Both the position numbers and the translations under genes were made by a program. The notes under the pieces were generated by a model. It made no database searches. It saw only the letters and a program-made list of their open reading frames with translations, and was not told the DNA's origin. Below, one piece after another: positions 1 through 9,095 of a stretch of 64,000 bases of DNA. Each line of letters begins with the position of its first letter. Within the stretch, counting starts at the first letter, position 1. Origin of the DNA: Bacteroidales bacterium. Its GTDB lineage: Bacteria; Bacteroidota; Bacteroidia; Bacteroidales; F082. The stretch spans positions 119-64,118 of the forward strand of contig JAGYNM010000001.1 of assembly GCA_018399335.1 (NCBI GenBank). The letters are read 5' to 3'.

Positions 1-130
1 CAAAAGCGCCTGTGGAACAGGAGGAAGCGTAAAAGATGGTGAAATAATTATTCAGGGAGATTTCAGAGAAAAAGTGCTGGCTCTCCTGATCAAAAATGGC
101 TATCGTCAAACAAAAAAAGCAGGCGGTTGA
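1..130 (+). CDS. Translation initiation factor SUI1/YciH family, C-terminal fragment (5' end lies outside the window)
   Basis: Reading from nt 2 gives [42 protein letters not shown], with the stop TGA at 128-130. This fits the conserved C-terminal CGxGG-VKDG-I-IQGD-R-KV...GY...GG pattern of SUI1/eIF1-like proteins. Confidence 0.7.
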   Translation, partial: KSACGTGGSVKDGEIIIQGDFREKVLALLIKNGYRQTKKAGG

Positions 131-732
131 AAACAAACGATATTCCATTCAAAATCAACGACCAAACTTACTGGGAAGAACAATATAATCTCACAAAACA
201 AGGATGGGATATGGGTTATGTTTCTCCACCTTTAAAAGCATATATAGATCAGCTGGAAAACAAAAAAATCCAAATTCTAGTGCCTGGGGCAGGAAAAGGA
301 TGGGAAGTGAAATACCTTTATAATCAAGGATTTGAAAATGTTTTTTACCTTGATTTTTCCGTTGAAGCCGTCAAGAAATTTAAAGAAAACTGCCCGAATT
401 TTCCTGAAAATCAAATCCTGCCCGATGATTTTTTCTTAGTTAATCGTCAATTTGACCTGATACTGGAACAAACATTTTTAAGCTCCTTCCCTCCAATGAA
501 CTGGCCCGAAATCGCAAAAAAGATTAGCAGCCTTTTAAACCCGAAAGGGAAATACACCGGCTTACTTTTCAACCATGATTTCGGCCTGAAATATCCTCCT
601 TTTGCGGATACGCCCGAAAAATACGTTTCATTGTTTCAGCCCTACTTTTTATTTAAAAAGTTTGAAGTTGCCTATAATTCAATAAAACCGCGGGCTGGAA
701 GAGAGTTATTTTTCATCTTTCAAAAAAAATGA
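127..732 (+). CDS. SAM-dependent methyltransferase, thiopurine/halide methyltransferase (TPMT)-like family
   Basis: 201-aa ORF. N-terminal W..W...GW motif followed by the SAM-binding loop [12 protein letters not shown] and YLDFS, typical of TPMT-family enzymes. The TTG start overlaps the upstream stop codon. Confidence 0.65.
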   Translation: MKTNDIPFKINDQTYWEEQYNLTKQGWDMGYVSPPLKAYIDQLENKKIQILVPGAGKGWEVKYLYNQGFENVFYLDFSVEAVKKFKENCPNFPENQILPDDFFLVNRQFDLILEQTFLSSFPPMNWPEIAKKISSLLNPKGKYTGLLFNHDFGLKYPPFADTPEKYVSLFQPYFLFKKFEVAYNSIKPRAGRELFFIFQKK

Positions 733-808
733 TTTGGATAATCCGTCCAGATTACTGTATATTCGCTCTGCAATTGTTTTATTAAAACAACCTTAAAGTT
801 CGAATATC

Positions 809-1513
809 ATGGAAATCCAAACATTATCCTCCATTGGCGTTATTTCTAAAAGAGAAAACCTGGCCTCCGTTGAGCATGAAACCCATTCATCTGCTCTGGT
901 TTTGGAATCACTGCACCCATTTCCGGGTTATCATGGAACAACAGTTCCGGATCGTACCGACCCAAAATCGCTGTTTCTGGTAACAAAAAACATTTATGGC
1001 GACGACCGCATCATCCGAAGCATCAAGCAAGTGAAGAAGAATTTTCCGCATTTTTTTGACGGAGCTCCCGGATTGATCAACCTATATAACAAGCCAACCG
1101 GTGTGATACGATTAAAATATCTGCCCTACAATTTGGTTGGTGAACTGATAAGTGCCTTTCAGGATTTAGGCCTGGAATTCATCAAAAATCGCAAGGTAAA
1201 TAACTATGGTTCAATTATTAAGATCACTAAATACTTCATGCTGGAAGAAGTGAGCGAAGGAATTTGGCACGACCAAAACTGGAAAGAGCTGTATTACCTC
1301 AACCTGCCGCTTCAATTGAGGTGGAACTCCTTTGAAAAAATTACCACAAGTATCAAACATAATGTGGAAGACAATAATTTTGATGCGGCCTTAACAACAT
1401 TATACGACAAAGATGGTGTGCTCGACCTGGTACGAATTTATGATGAAGAAAGCTGTCAGGGTAAACTAATTTTTATCCACGAGAAATATTTAGAAGCCAT
1501 CAAGTACATATAA
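809..1513 (+). CDS. Hypothetical protein (no domain recognised)
   Basis: 234-aa ORF on the same strand as its neighbours, with no competing ORF. I recognise no motif. Confidence 0.55.
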   Translation: MEIQTLSSIGVISKRENLASVEHETHSSALVLESLHPFPGYHGTTVPDRTDPKSLFLVTKNIYGDDRIIRSIKQVKKNFPHFFDGAPGLINLYNKPTGVIRLKYLPYNLVGELISAFQDLGLEFIKNRKVNNYGSIIKITKYFMLEEVSEGIWHDQNWKELYYLNLPLQLRWNSFEKITTSIKHNVEDNNFDAALTTLYDKDGVLDLVRIYDEESCQGKLIFIHEKYLEAIKYI

Positions 1514-1533
1514 ATTAAACCATTACACCCACA

Positions 1534-2832
1534 ATGTTTGATTGGTTAATAGAGGCATTTAAGAAAATTGCCCTGAAACTTAATTTGAGTGATTATTACG
1601 CTAGCATTTTAAGTGAAGGAATAGCTTTTATCAGTTTGATTATCATTGCCATTGCATTTTATTATCTGGCATGGTATGTCATCAAAAGAACACTCTACCA
1701 ATTCATTAAAAGATCAAAAACGAATTTTGATGACATTCTGATTCACAACAAAGTAATTGCCAGGGCATCTTTACTTGTTCCATCATGGATCATCAATGAA
1801 TTTTCGCCACAGACACTGCCAAGTTTTCCAAAGACCTTTAGCTTTGTTCAGGAAACCATCGAAGTGTATGTTATTTTCGTGATTGCCTTTGTGCTTGATG
1901 CTGTAATCACCTCGATCAATGATCTTTACAATACATTCGAGATTTCGAAAAGCAAACCCATCAAAGGATTGATGCAGGTATTAAAGATCATTTTATACAT
2001 CGTTGCAGGCCTATTGATCATTGCCTCTTTAATTGGTCAAAATCTGGGTAACCTCATTTTAGGTCTCGGAACTTTGTCGGCAGTTCTGATGCTGATTTTT
2101 AAAGATCCTATTCTGGGTTTTGTTGGAGGTATTCAACTCACGCTGAACGATATGGTGAGGATTGGCGACTGGATCAGCATGCCAAAATACGGAGCTGACG
2201 GTGATGTACTTGAAATTACCCTGACTACGGTTAAAGTGCAAAACTGGGATAAAACCATCACCACAATTCCAACCTATTCGATGGTCTCTGATTATTTCAC
2301 AAATTGGAGAGGCATGAGTGAATCTGGCGGTAGACGAATTAAGCGCCACATTTCGATCGATATGGACAGCGTGAAGTTTTGCACTGCCGAAATGCTCGAA
2401 AAGTATAAAAAATATCAGCTGATCTCAAATTACATTTCGGATAAAGAAAAAGAAATTGAATCCTATAATACTGATAATAAAATAGATACTTCTACTTTAG
2501 TTAATGGAAGACGACAAACCAACCTGGGTGTTTTTAGAGCTTATCTGCGTATTTATTTTGAAAATCATCCACGCGTAAATCAAGACATGACTTTGATCGT
2601 ACGCCAGCTACAACCTACTGAGCTGGGAATTCCAATTGAAGTTTATGTGTTCAGCAAAAACAAAGCCTGGGTTGAATACGAAGCACTTCAAAGTGATATT
2701 TTTGATCACATTTTGGCTGTTGTTCCAAAATTCGACCTGCGCGTTTTCCAGGCGCCATCGGATGGGAGCATCAACAAACTTACTGACCAATTGCAAAAAT
2801 TAGTCAAGCCTGAAACCAGTCAGCTGAATTAG
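1534..2832 (+). CDS. Mechanosensitive ion channel, MscS family
   Basis: 432 aa with N-terminal TM helices. The conserved MscS core reads PILGFVGGIQLTLNDMVRIGDWISM...GDVLEITLTTVKVQNWDKTITTIPT. Confidence 0.85.
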   Translation: MFDWLIEAFKKIALKLNLSDYYASILSEGIAFISLIIIAIAFYYLAWYVIKRTLYQFIKRSKTNFDDILIHNKVIARASLLVPSWIINEFSPQTLPSFPKTFSFVQETIEVYVIFVIAFVLDAVITSINDLYNTFEISKSKPIKGLMQVLKIILYIVAGLLIIASLIGQNLGNLILGLGTLSAVLMLIFKDPILGFVGGIQLTLNDMVRIGDWISMPKYGADGDVLEITLTTVKVQNWDKTITTIPTYSMVSDYFTNWRGMSESGGRRIKRHISIDMDSVKFCTAEMLEKYKKYQLISNYISDKEKEIESYNTDNKIDTSTLVNGRRQTNLGVFRAYLRIYFENHPRVNQDMTLIVRQLQPTELGIPIEVYVFSKNKAWVEYEALQSDIFDHILAVVPKFDLRVFQAPSDGSINKLTDQLQKLVKPETSQLN

Positions 2833-5609
2833 TATCCAAACCCAAACTCTCTTCCTTTGTCGATGGCTTTAACGCCTTCACTCATCCATTTGGGCTCGGG
2901 AGCTCCCATCAAAAAGTGATCGAAAAACTGTTCTAACCTCACAGTAAGATCCTGGGTGTCGGCAAAACGACTCAGATTATGCGGGGCGCCATTGTAAACC
3001 AGCATCCACACAGGTTTTTGCAGCCTCCGCAAAGCTGTGAAATATTCTATTCCCTGATACCATGGCACTGCGCCATCCTCATCATTGTGCATCATCAAGA
3101 GCGGAGTATTTACTTTGTCGGCATAAAACAGTGGTGAGTTTTCGATATACGCATCAAGATCACTCCACAGATCCTTACCTATGCGGCTTTGTCCATCTTC
3201 ATACTGAAAAGCCCTCACCATGCCACTTCCCCAACGAATTCCGCCATAAGCACTAGTCATATTACTCACGGGAGCTCCTGCCATCGCTGCTTTGAAACGA
3301 TCGGTGCGGGTAATCAACCAGGCAGTTTGGTAACCTCCCCAACTTTGTCCCTGCAATCCCATACGCGTGCTGTCGAGTCCGGGAAATTCCTCCAAAACAG
3401 CATCTACACCGCTCATAATGGCATCATAGGCACTTTGTCCGGGTTCGCCGGTGCGATAAACAATATCCGGAACAAAAACTCCATAACCTCTTGAGGTATA
3501 ATCACTAAAATTAATCACCGAACGAGATGGCTTTGGCGCATAATGCCGATACAAATTATCGCTGTTGCGTTCGTAAAAATATACCAAAACCGGATAGCTG
3601 CCATCATCCTTGTAACCAGCCGGCAGATACATCAGGCCATCCAACGAATCGTTGGCGTATGAAACCCATGAAACAGTTTCGACACTTCCCCAGCAATAAT
3701 TTTTTTGCTGAGGATTGGCGTCAGTAATCCGTGTAATTTCTTTCCAGTTTTTATGTGTCAGATAAAAATCAGGAAACGCATCGAATGTTTCACTTCTGAA
3801 AAGCCAGGTGTCGGCATCTTTGGCTTTAAGCAATCCGGATAATCTGGCATCTTCGGTAAGCAGCACCTCTAGCTTTTCACGTTCGCGATTGAAGCGGGCA
3901 AAACCGGACTGCTTGGTATCCTTGTCAAAAACGCTCAGTAACATATTTCTCGGCAGATATTTTTCGTCAGGATCAGTTCTGAGGTATCTGTAGCGCATTT
4001 GTTGTGCAGATTCTTTTCCCAAAATTCTTTTACACTGCTCAGCAGAAGCAGGATCCAGCTGCCAGATTCCATAAGCACTGTAAACCAAAGCTTTTCCATC
4101 TTCCGTCCAACCAATCATTCCTAAAGGCCCAGCTTCGTTGGGCACATCATTTTCAGCATTATAAAAAATATCTTTCGTTTTATTGGCCAGTAAACTAATA
4201 TTTTCTGTCGCGATGTCCTTGCTGTACCAACTGCTATCATGACGGTCGTAGAACAACAAAAAATCACCTTTTGGGCTCAGGCTCACTATAGAATTTGCCA
4301 TCGAAAGCAGTTTTACAGTATCGCCATTCAATCTGTTTATGCGATAATAATCGGCATAACGTGTTTGTTCCCAGCCATTAAGATATTCATAGTGATCATC
4401 TGAACTCCCTAATAAAAAAACCGGATTTAGTTTTGTATCAAGCCGTACATCAGGAATGCCTTTACTGCCCAATGGAATAAGCTGATTATCTTTTGGATAA
4501 AAAGCAGCCAGATAACTCCTTTTCTTCTCCCGCTCAAGTTGTTTAATTTGCTGGGTTTGAAGCTGCTGATCTTTCCAATTCCAGATATCGATACGCACTT
4601 TTTCATCATCAATAAGGCTGTCTTTTATTTCTGGCAATGGCTTTGCTGCCAGCCCCAAATAGAGAACGGTCTGATCTTCACTAAAGCTGAGCCTTGCATG
4701 CTGACTTACATGAAAACCTTCCGGCATTGCATTAAAAACAGTATCAATTTGTTGAATACCATTAGTTTGAGTACTCCAATAAGTCAGTTGATAAACTTTT
4801 CGTTTGGTAGTATCTTTTGTAACAACCAAAGCCAACTGATCACCTGTTTTATCCGCCTGAAACTGCTCGATTTCACCTTTTAGCGAAAAGAGCCATTTTG
4901 AAGTCCATGATTCAAGATCAAAACGGTATAAGGCCAACGAATCGATGGTATCATTTGGTTTTTGGGCATAAAACAGTGCACTCCCCATTTCGGCCAGCGA
5001 AGTTTGCTTAACATTTTTAATTGATTGTCTTTTATTCTTTTTCAAATCCCAAATACCCATCCAGACCGGATCATCCTTTTTGGTTTTTTTCTTTTTTGTT
5101 TTCAAACTATCAGCCACTTGATCCAGCTCCGGTTCATAACCTGACTCGTGAAGCCAAACCAAAACATTTCCCTGTTTTGCCGGAAACTGAAACGACTTCA
5201 CCTGCGGTATTTTTTCAAGTTTTCTGTCGGCAAAAAGAAAAACTCCCATACTATCTTTTGGCAACTTATCTTTCTTTACCCCTTTGATCTTTAAACTTTT
5301 AATTGAATCATAGGCAGGATAAACTGTAAATGCCAAACCGGCAGAACCTGGGCTTATCATTGCCTTTTTAGCTCTGGGAATCGTATCAACCGTCGTTAGT
5401 TTATTCAATTGTTGAATGATCAAAACGCCATCGCCACGATAAGGATTTCGCTCATAAACAGCATTTGCACCATCGTTAGATAACTTCATATTGTTCAGCA
5501 CAAACCATTTATCGTGAACATTATGCCCTAACTTTTCACAGTTCTGAGCAGTAGAAAATTGAATAAGAACCAGGGTTAAAAACAAGAATCCAAGTATTTG
5601 TTTAATCAT
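2829..5609 (-). CDS. S9 family serine peptidase (prolyl oligopeptidase/dipeptidyl-peptidase type) with long N-terminal beta-propeller region, secreted
   Basis: C-terminal catalytic triad context: GLQGQSWGGY (GxSxGG), HNDEDGAVP (Asp) and NGAPHNL (His). The signal-peptide-like MIKQILGFLFLTLVLIQFSTAQ starts at the ATG at 5609. The track ORF begins at an upstream TTG at 5636. Confidence 0.85.
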   Translation of the reverse strand: MIKQILGFLFLTLVLIQFSTAQNCEKLGHNVHDKWFVLNNMKLSNDGANAVYERNPYRGDGVLIIQQLNKLTTVDTIPRAKKAMISPGSAGLAFTVYPAYDSIKSLKIKGVKKDKLPKDSMGVFLFADRKLEKIPQVKSFQFPAKQGNVLVWLHESGYEPELDQVADSLKTKKKKTKKDDPVWMGIWDLKKNKRQSIKNVKQTSLAEMGSALFYAQKPNDTIDSLALYRFDLESWTSKWLFSLKGEIEQFQADKTGDQLALVVTKDTTKRKVYQLTYWSTQTNGIQQIDTVFNAMPEGFHVSQHARLSFSEDQTVLYLGLAAKPLPEIKDSLIDDEKVRIDIWNWKDQQLQTQQIKQLEREKKRSYLAAFYPKDNQLIPLGSKGIPDVRLDTKLNPVFLLGSSDDHYEYLNGWEQTRYADYYRINRLNGDTVKLLSMANSIVSLSPKGDFLLFYDRHDSSWYSKDIATENISLLANKTKDIFYNAENDVPNEAGPLGMIGWTEDGKALVYSAYGIWQLDPASAEQCKRILGKESAQQMRYRYLRTDPDEKYLPRNMLLSVFDKDTKQSGFARFNREREKLEVLLTEDARLSGLLKAKDADTWLFRSETFDAFPDFYLTHKNWKEITRITDANPQQKNYCWGSVETVSWVSYANDSLDGLMYLPAGYKDDGSYPVLVYFYERNSDNLYRHYAPKPSRSVINFSDYTSRGYGVFVPDIVYRTGEPGQSAYDAIMSGVDAVLEEFPGLDSTRMGLQGQSWGGYQTAWLITRTDRFKAAMAGAPVSNMTSAYGGIRWGSGMVRAFQYEDGQSRIGKDLWSDLDAYIENSPLFYADKVNTPLLMMHNDEDGAVPWYQGIEYFTALRRLQKPVWMLVYNGAPHNLSRFADTQDLTVRLEQFFDHFLMGAPEPKWMSEGVKAIDKGREFGFGY

Positions 5610-5661
5610 AGTTTGAAGAATATTAGGTAAGCGCAACCGTTTGAAAATAAAATTGCAGCAA

Positions 5662-5669
5662 CAAATTTA
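5662..5669 (-). promoter_or_regulatory. Candidate Bacteroidota -7 promoter box (TAAATTTG) for the S9 peptidase gene
   Basis: Exact TAnnTTTG match on the minus strand, about 53 nt upstream of the ATG at 5609. Confidence 0.4.
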
Positions 5670-5769
5670 GTAAAAAAGTTAATCAAACTGGCTCAAATAG
5701 CTGGTATTATAACCATTTTACCTTAAATTAATAGTTTGAAAAATTGACTGAAACAAGCAGGAAAATGAC

Positions 5770-5777
5770 TATTTTTG
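5770..5777 (+). promoter_or_regulatory. Candidate Bacteroidota -7 promoter box (TATTTTTG) for the glycogen cluster
   Basis: Exact TAnnTTTG match about 45 nt upstream of the ATG at 5822. Confidence 0.45.
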
Positions 5778-5821
5778 TCACAACTAACCTATAAAGCAAT
5801 CCTTGCAATAACGTAGTCGCC

Positions 5822-7768
5822 ATGAGTTATATATCCTTCGAAAAAAGTCAACTTGTAAACCTCGAATTTGCTTTACAGCATGAGCTGCTTCGCAGCAACC
5901 GTGCGGGAGGCTATTCCAGCACTTCCATTGCCGGCTGCAATACCCGAAAATATCACGGGCTGCTCGTGGTTCCCCAGCCCTGGCTGGATCAGGACAACCA
6001 CGTTTTGCTCTCTGCCCTCGACGAAACTATTATTCAGCACGACGAAGCTTTTAATTTTGGTTTACACATGTATCCCAACGGACATTTTGAGCCCAAAGGC
6101 CATAAATACCTCCGTGAATTCACTGCTGAACCTATCCCAAAAATCACCTATCGTGTTGGAGGAGTAGTACTTAGCAAAGAAATGATTTTCGCAGAAGCTG
6201 AATCAAGAATTTTGATTCGTTACACCTTGCTTGATGCCCACAGCAAAACGACTTTGAGGCTAAAACCCTTTCTTGCATTCAGAAACGTGCACGAACTAAC
6301 TCGTGCCAATTACGATGCAAACACCAAATACGAAAGCATTAATAACGGTGCCCGCTGGCAAATGTATCCTGGCTATTCGCCTCTTTGTTTTCAGGTTTGT
6401 AAACCCGTTGAATACACTCACGTGCCGGATTGGTACTTTAATGTGGAATACATCAGAGAAAAAGAAAGAGGGTTTCCTTTTCAGGAAGATCTGCTTATCC
6501 CGGGCTTCTTTGAGCTACCACTTGAAAAAGGCGAAAGTGTAATTATTTCAGCCGGTTTGGAAGAAAAAGACCCCAAACTATTCAAAAAACAATTCGAGAC
6601 AGAAACCAAGAAACGCATCCCAAGGGATAGTTTCCAAAACTGTCTGCTGAATGCTGCCGAACAATTTATTGTAAAAAGCACAGACAAAACTACTTTGATG
6701 GCCGGTTTTCCCTGGTTTGGAACCTGGGGTCGCGACACATTCATTGCCCTTCCGGGAATCACCCTGACTCGTAATGATGAAAAAAGTTTCAAAGCCGTGC
6801 TCAACACCATGATTCAAAGCATGCAAGGGCCGCTTTTCCCGAACTTCAACAGGCGAAACCCCGAAGCATTTGCAGCTGTGGACGCGCCTCTATGGTTTTT
6901 CTGGACCCTACAGCAATATCATGAAATTAGTGGAAAAACAAAAAAATTCATCTGGAATACCTATGGCAGTACACTCATCAAAATACTGGACAACTATCGC
7001 AATGGCACAGTGTACAACATTCGGATGCTGCAAAATGGTCTGATCCACGCCGGAGAAGATGGCCAGGCACTCACCTGGATGGATGTTGTTTCGAAAGGCA
7101 AAGCAGTTACCCCGCGCGACGGGCTTGCCGTTGAAGTGAATGCCCTATGGTATAATGCCGTTCGGATGGCACTTGATTTTGCTGCTGATGCCAAAGATCA
7201 GTCCTTTATTGAACAATGGCAAAACCTGCCTTCAATGATCCAAAATGCTTTTGTTGAAGTTTTCTGGGACGCAGAAAATTCGCGCATGGCGGATGTTATA
7301 AAGGACAACAAAAAAGACTTCTCCGTTCGGCCAAATATGCTTTTTGCAGTTTCTTTACCTTTTAGTCCGCTGGACGATGAGATTAAAGCCAACATACTTA
7401 ATACTGTTCGCTCCGAATTACTTACAACAAGAGGCTTGCGAAGTCTTTCGCCAAAAAACCCAAAATACAAAGGCATACTCTGGGGAAATCAGGAAGAAAG
7501 GGATCATGCTTATCATCAGGGAACTGTATTTCCGTGGCTGATCGATCATTTCGCAGAAGCCTGGCTCAAACTTCATGGCAAAGGAGCGCTTCCTTTTATT
7601 GAAGAACTCTATCACAATTTTGAAGAGGTTATGCATGAAAGCGGCCTGGGATCAGTTTCAGAAGTTTACGATGGCGACCCGCCACACGACGGAAGAGGAG
7701 CTATTTCGCAAGCCTGGAATGTTGCAGCATTGCTTCGTTTAAACTACCTTATCCAACAAAACCAATAA
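5822..7768 (+). CDS. Glycogen debranching enzyme, archaeal/bacterial GDE type (GDE N-terminal domain plus amylo-alpha-1,6-glucosidase domain)
   Basis: 648 aa. N-terminus EWLLRSNRAGGYSSTSIAGCNTRKYHGLLV-like. C-terminal (alpha/alpha)6 region contains GFPWFGTWGRDTFIALPG and ALTWMD...PRDGLAVEVNALWYNA. Confidence 0.85.
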   Translation: MSYISFEKSQLVNLEFALQHELLRSNRAGGYSSTSIAGCNTRKYHGLLVVPQPWLDQDNHVLLSALDETIIQHDEAFNFGLHMYPNGHFEPKGHKYLREFTAEPIPKITYRVGGVVLSKEMIFAEAESRILIRYTLLDAHSKTTLRLKPFLAFRNVHELTRANYDANTKYESINNGARWQMYPGYSPLCFQVCKPVEYTHVPDWYFNVEYIREKERGFPFQEDLLIPGFFELPLEKGESVIISAGLEEKDPKLFKKQFETETKKRIPRDSFQNCLLNAAEQFIVKSTDKTTLMAGFPWFGTWGRDTFIALPGITLTRNDEKSFKAVLNTMIQSMQGPLFPNFNRRNPEAFAAVDAPLWFFWTLQQYHEISGKTKKFIWNTYGSTLIKILDNYRNGTVYNIRMLQNGLIHAGEDGQALTWMDVVSKGKAVTPRDGLAVEVNALWYNAVRMALDFAADAKDQSFIEQWQNLPSMIQNAFVEVFWDAENSRMADVIKDNKKDFSVRPNMLFAVSLPFSPLDDEIKANILNTVRSELLTTRGLRSLSPKNPKYKGILWGNQEERDHAYHQGTVFPWLIDHFAEAWLKLHGKGALPFIEELYHNFEEVMHESGLGSVSEVYDGDPPHDGRGAISQAWNVAALLRLNYLIQQNQ

Positions 7769-7779
7769 AACGACACCCT

Positions 7780-9075
7780 ATGAAAATACTCATGTTTGGT
7801 TGGGAATTTCCGCCTCACATCACCGGCGGGCTCGGAACGGCCTGCTTTGGCTTGACAAAAGGACTGGTAAAACATGATACCGACATCATTTTTGTGGTAC
7901 CAAAAGCTTATGGCGACGAAAGCCAGGAAGCTGTGCGCATTGTTAATGCCAGTGAGGTAACTATTGATCTGGAAATTGATGAAGAACGCGAATACTGGGA
8001 CAGGGTGCAATACATGGAAGTAGGTTCCAATATCATTCCATATATTGGACCTGAAGAATTTAGCAAGGTGACTGAGCTGGAAAAACGTGCCAGCGAAAAC
8101 TTTAAAAGCAAGGTTTTTTCTCAGAAATATGAGTTTTCGGGCAAATACGGCCTCAATCTGATGGAAGAAGTTGCACGCTATGCGCTCGTTGGAAGTGCCA
8201 TCGCAACCAAACAGGATTTTGACGTTATCCATGCACACGACTGGCTTACTTATTCGGCTGGAGTTGCAGCCAAAGAAACCAGTGGAAAACCTTTGGTAGT
8301 GCATATGCATGCTACAGAATTTGATCGCTCAGGCGAAAACATCAACACGGATGTGTATGCCATTGAAAAACGCGGTATGGAAGCGGCTGATCGTGTGATT
8401 ACAGTAAGTAATCTTACCCGTCGTATCGTTATTGAACGCTATGGTATTGATCCTTCCAAAGTAGTTACCGTCCATAATGCTGTTGAACCAAAAGAAAAGA
8501 AGCTTTCCGATGCAGAAAAACAGGTAAAAGAAAAAGTGGTGACCTTCCTGGGGAGGATTACCTTTCAAAAAGGACCTGAATATTTTGTGGAAGCAGCAAA
8601 TAAAATCCTGAAAAGAGATAGCAATGTTCGCTTTGTAATGGCAGGAACCGGCGATCTTTTACATCGCATGGTGATGCGTGTGGCGCAACTCCGTATTGGT
8701 CATAAATTTCATTTTACCGGCTTCCTGAAAGGCGATGATGTGGATCAGATGTTTGCCATGACAGATGTTTTTGTGATGCCTTCAATTTCAGAGCCTTTTG
8801 GAATTGTGCCGCTCGAAGCTATGCGTTCCAATGTTCCGGTGGTCATTTCAAAGCAATCAGGCGTTTCAGAAATCTTAAAGCATGCCATTAAAGTTGATTT
8901 CTGGGATATTGACGGTCTTGCCGATGCCATCTATGGTTTATGCCATTATCAGGCACTTAGTGACGATTTTATCAAATATGGCAAACAAGAAGTTGAAAAC
9001 CTTAAATGGGAACATGCCGCAGCTAAAGTAAAAGAAGTGTACACCTCAGCCTGGGAGGAATTTAAAAATAGATAA
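7780..9075 (+). CDS. Glycosyltransferase family 4 (GT-B, retaining), glycogen-cluster associated
   Basis: 431 aa. N-terminal MFGWEFPPHITGGLG, and the E-x7-E motif EPFGIVPLEAM in the C-terminal Rossmann domain. Starts 12 nt after the GDE gene. Confidence 0.8.
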   Translation: MKILMFGWEFPPHITGGLGTACFGLTKGLVKHDTDIIFVVPKAYGDESQEAVRIVNASEVTIDLEIDEEREYWDRVQYMEVGSNIIPYIGPEEFSKVTELEKRASENFKSKVFSQKYEFSGKYGLNLMEEVARYALVGSAIATKQDFDVIHAHDWLTYSAGVAAKETSGKPLVVHMHATEFDRSGENINTDVYAIEKRGMEAADRVITVSNLTRRIVIERYGIDPSKVVTVHNAVEPKEKKLSDAEKQVKEKVVTFLGRITFQKGPEYFVEAANKILKRDSNVRFVMAGTGDLLHRMVMRVAQLRIGHKFHFTGFLKGDDVDQMFAMTDVFVMPSISEPFGIVPLEAMRSNVPVVISKQSGVSEILKHAIKVDFWDIDGLADAIYGLCHYQALSDDFIKYGKQEVENLKWEHAAAKVKEVYTSAWEEFKNR

Positions 9076-9095
9076 ACAGCCAAAAAATATAAGAT

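Noticed and set aside
2059-5287. Numerous 60-115-aa ORFs in the track lying antisense to, or out of frame within, the MscS and S9 peptidase genes (e.g. 2059..2349, 3062..3256, 3189..3494, 4539..4883, 5021..5287).
   Set aside because: They lie wholly inside long ORFs that have clear family motifs. Their sequences are low-complexity or unrecognisable. These are typical shadow ORFs.
7744-8310. 188-aa minus-strand ORF overlapping the start of the GT4 gene.
   Set aside because: It is antisense to a well-supported glycosyltransferase gene, has no recognisable motif, and is Phe/Cys-rich like a shadow frame.
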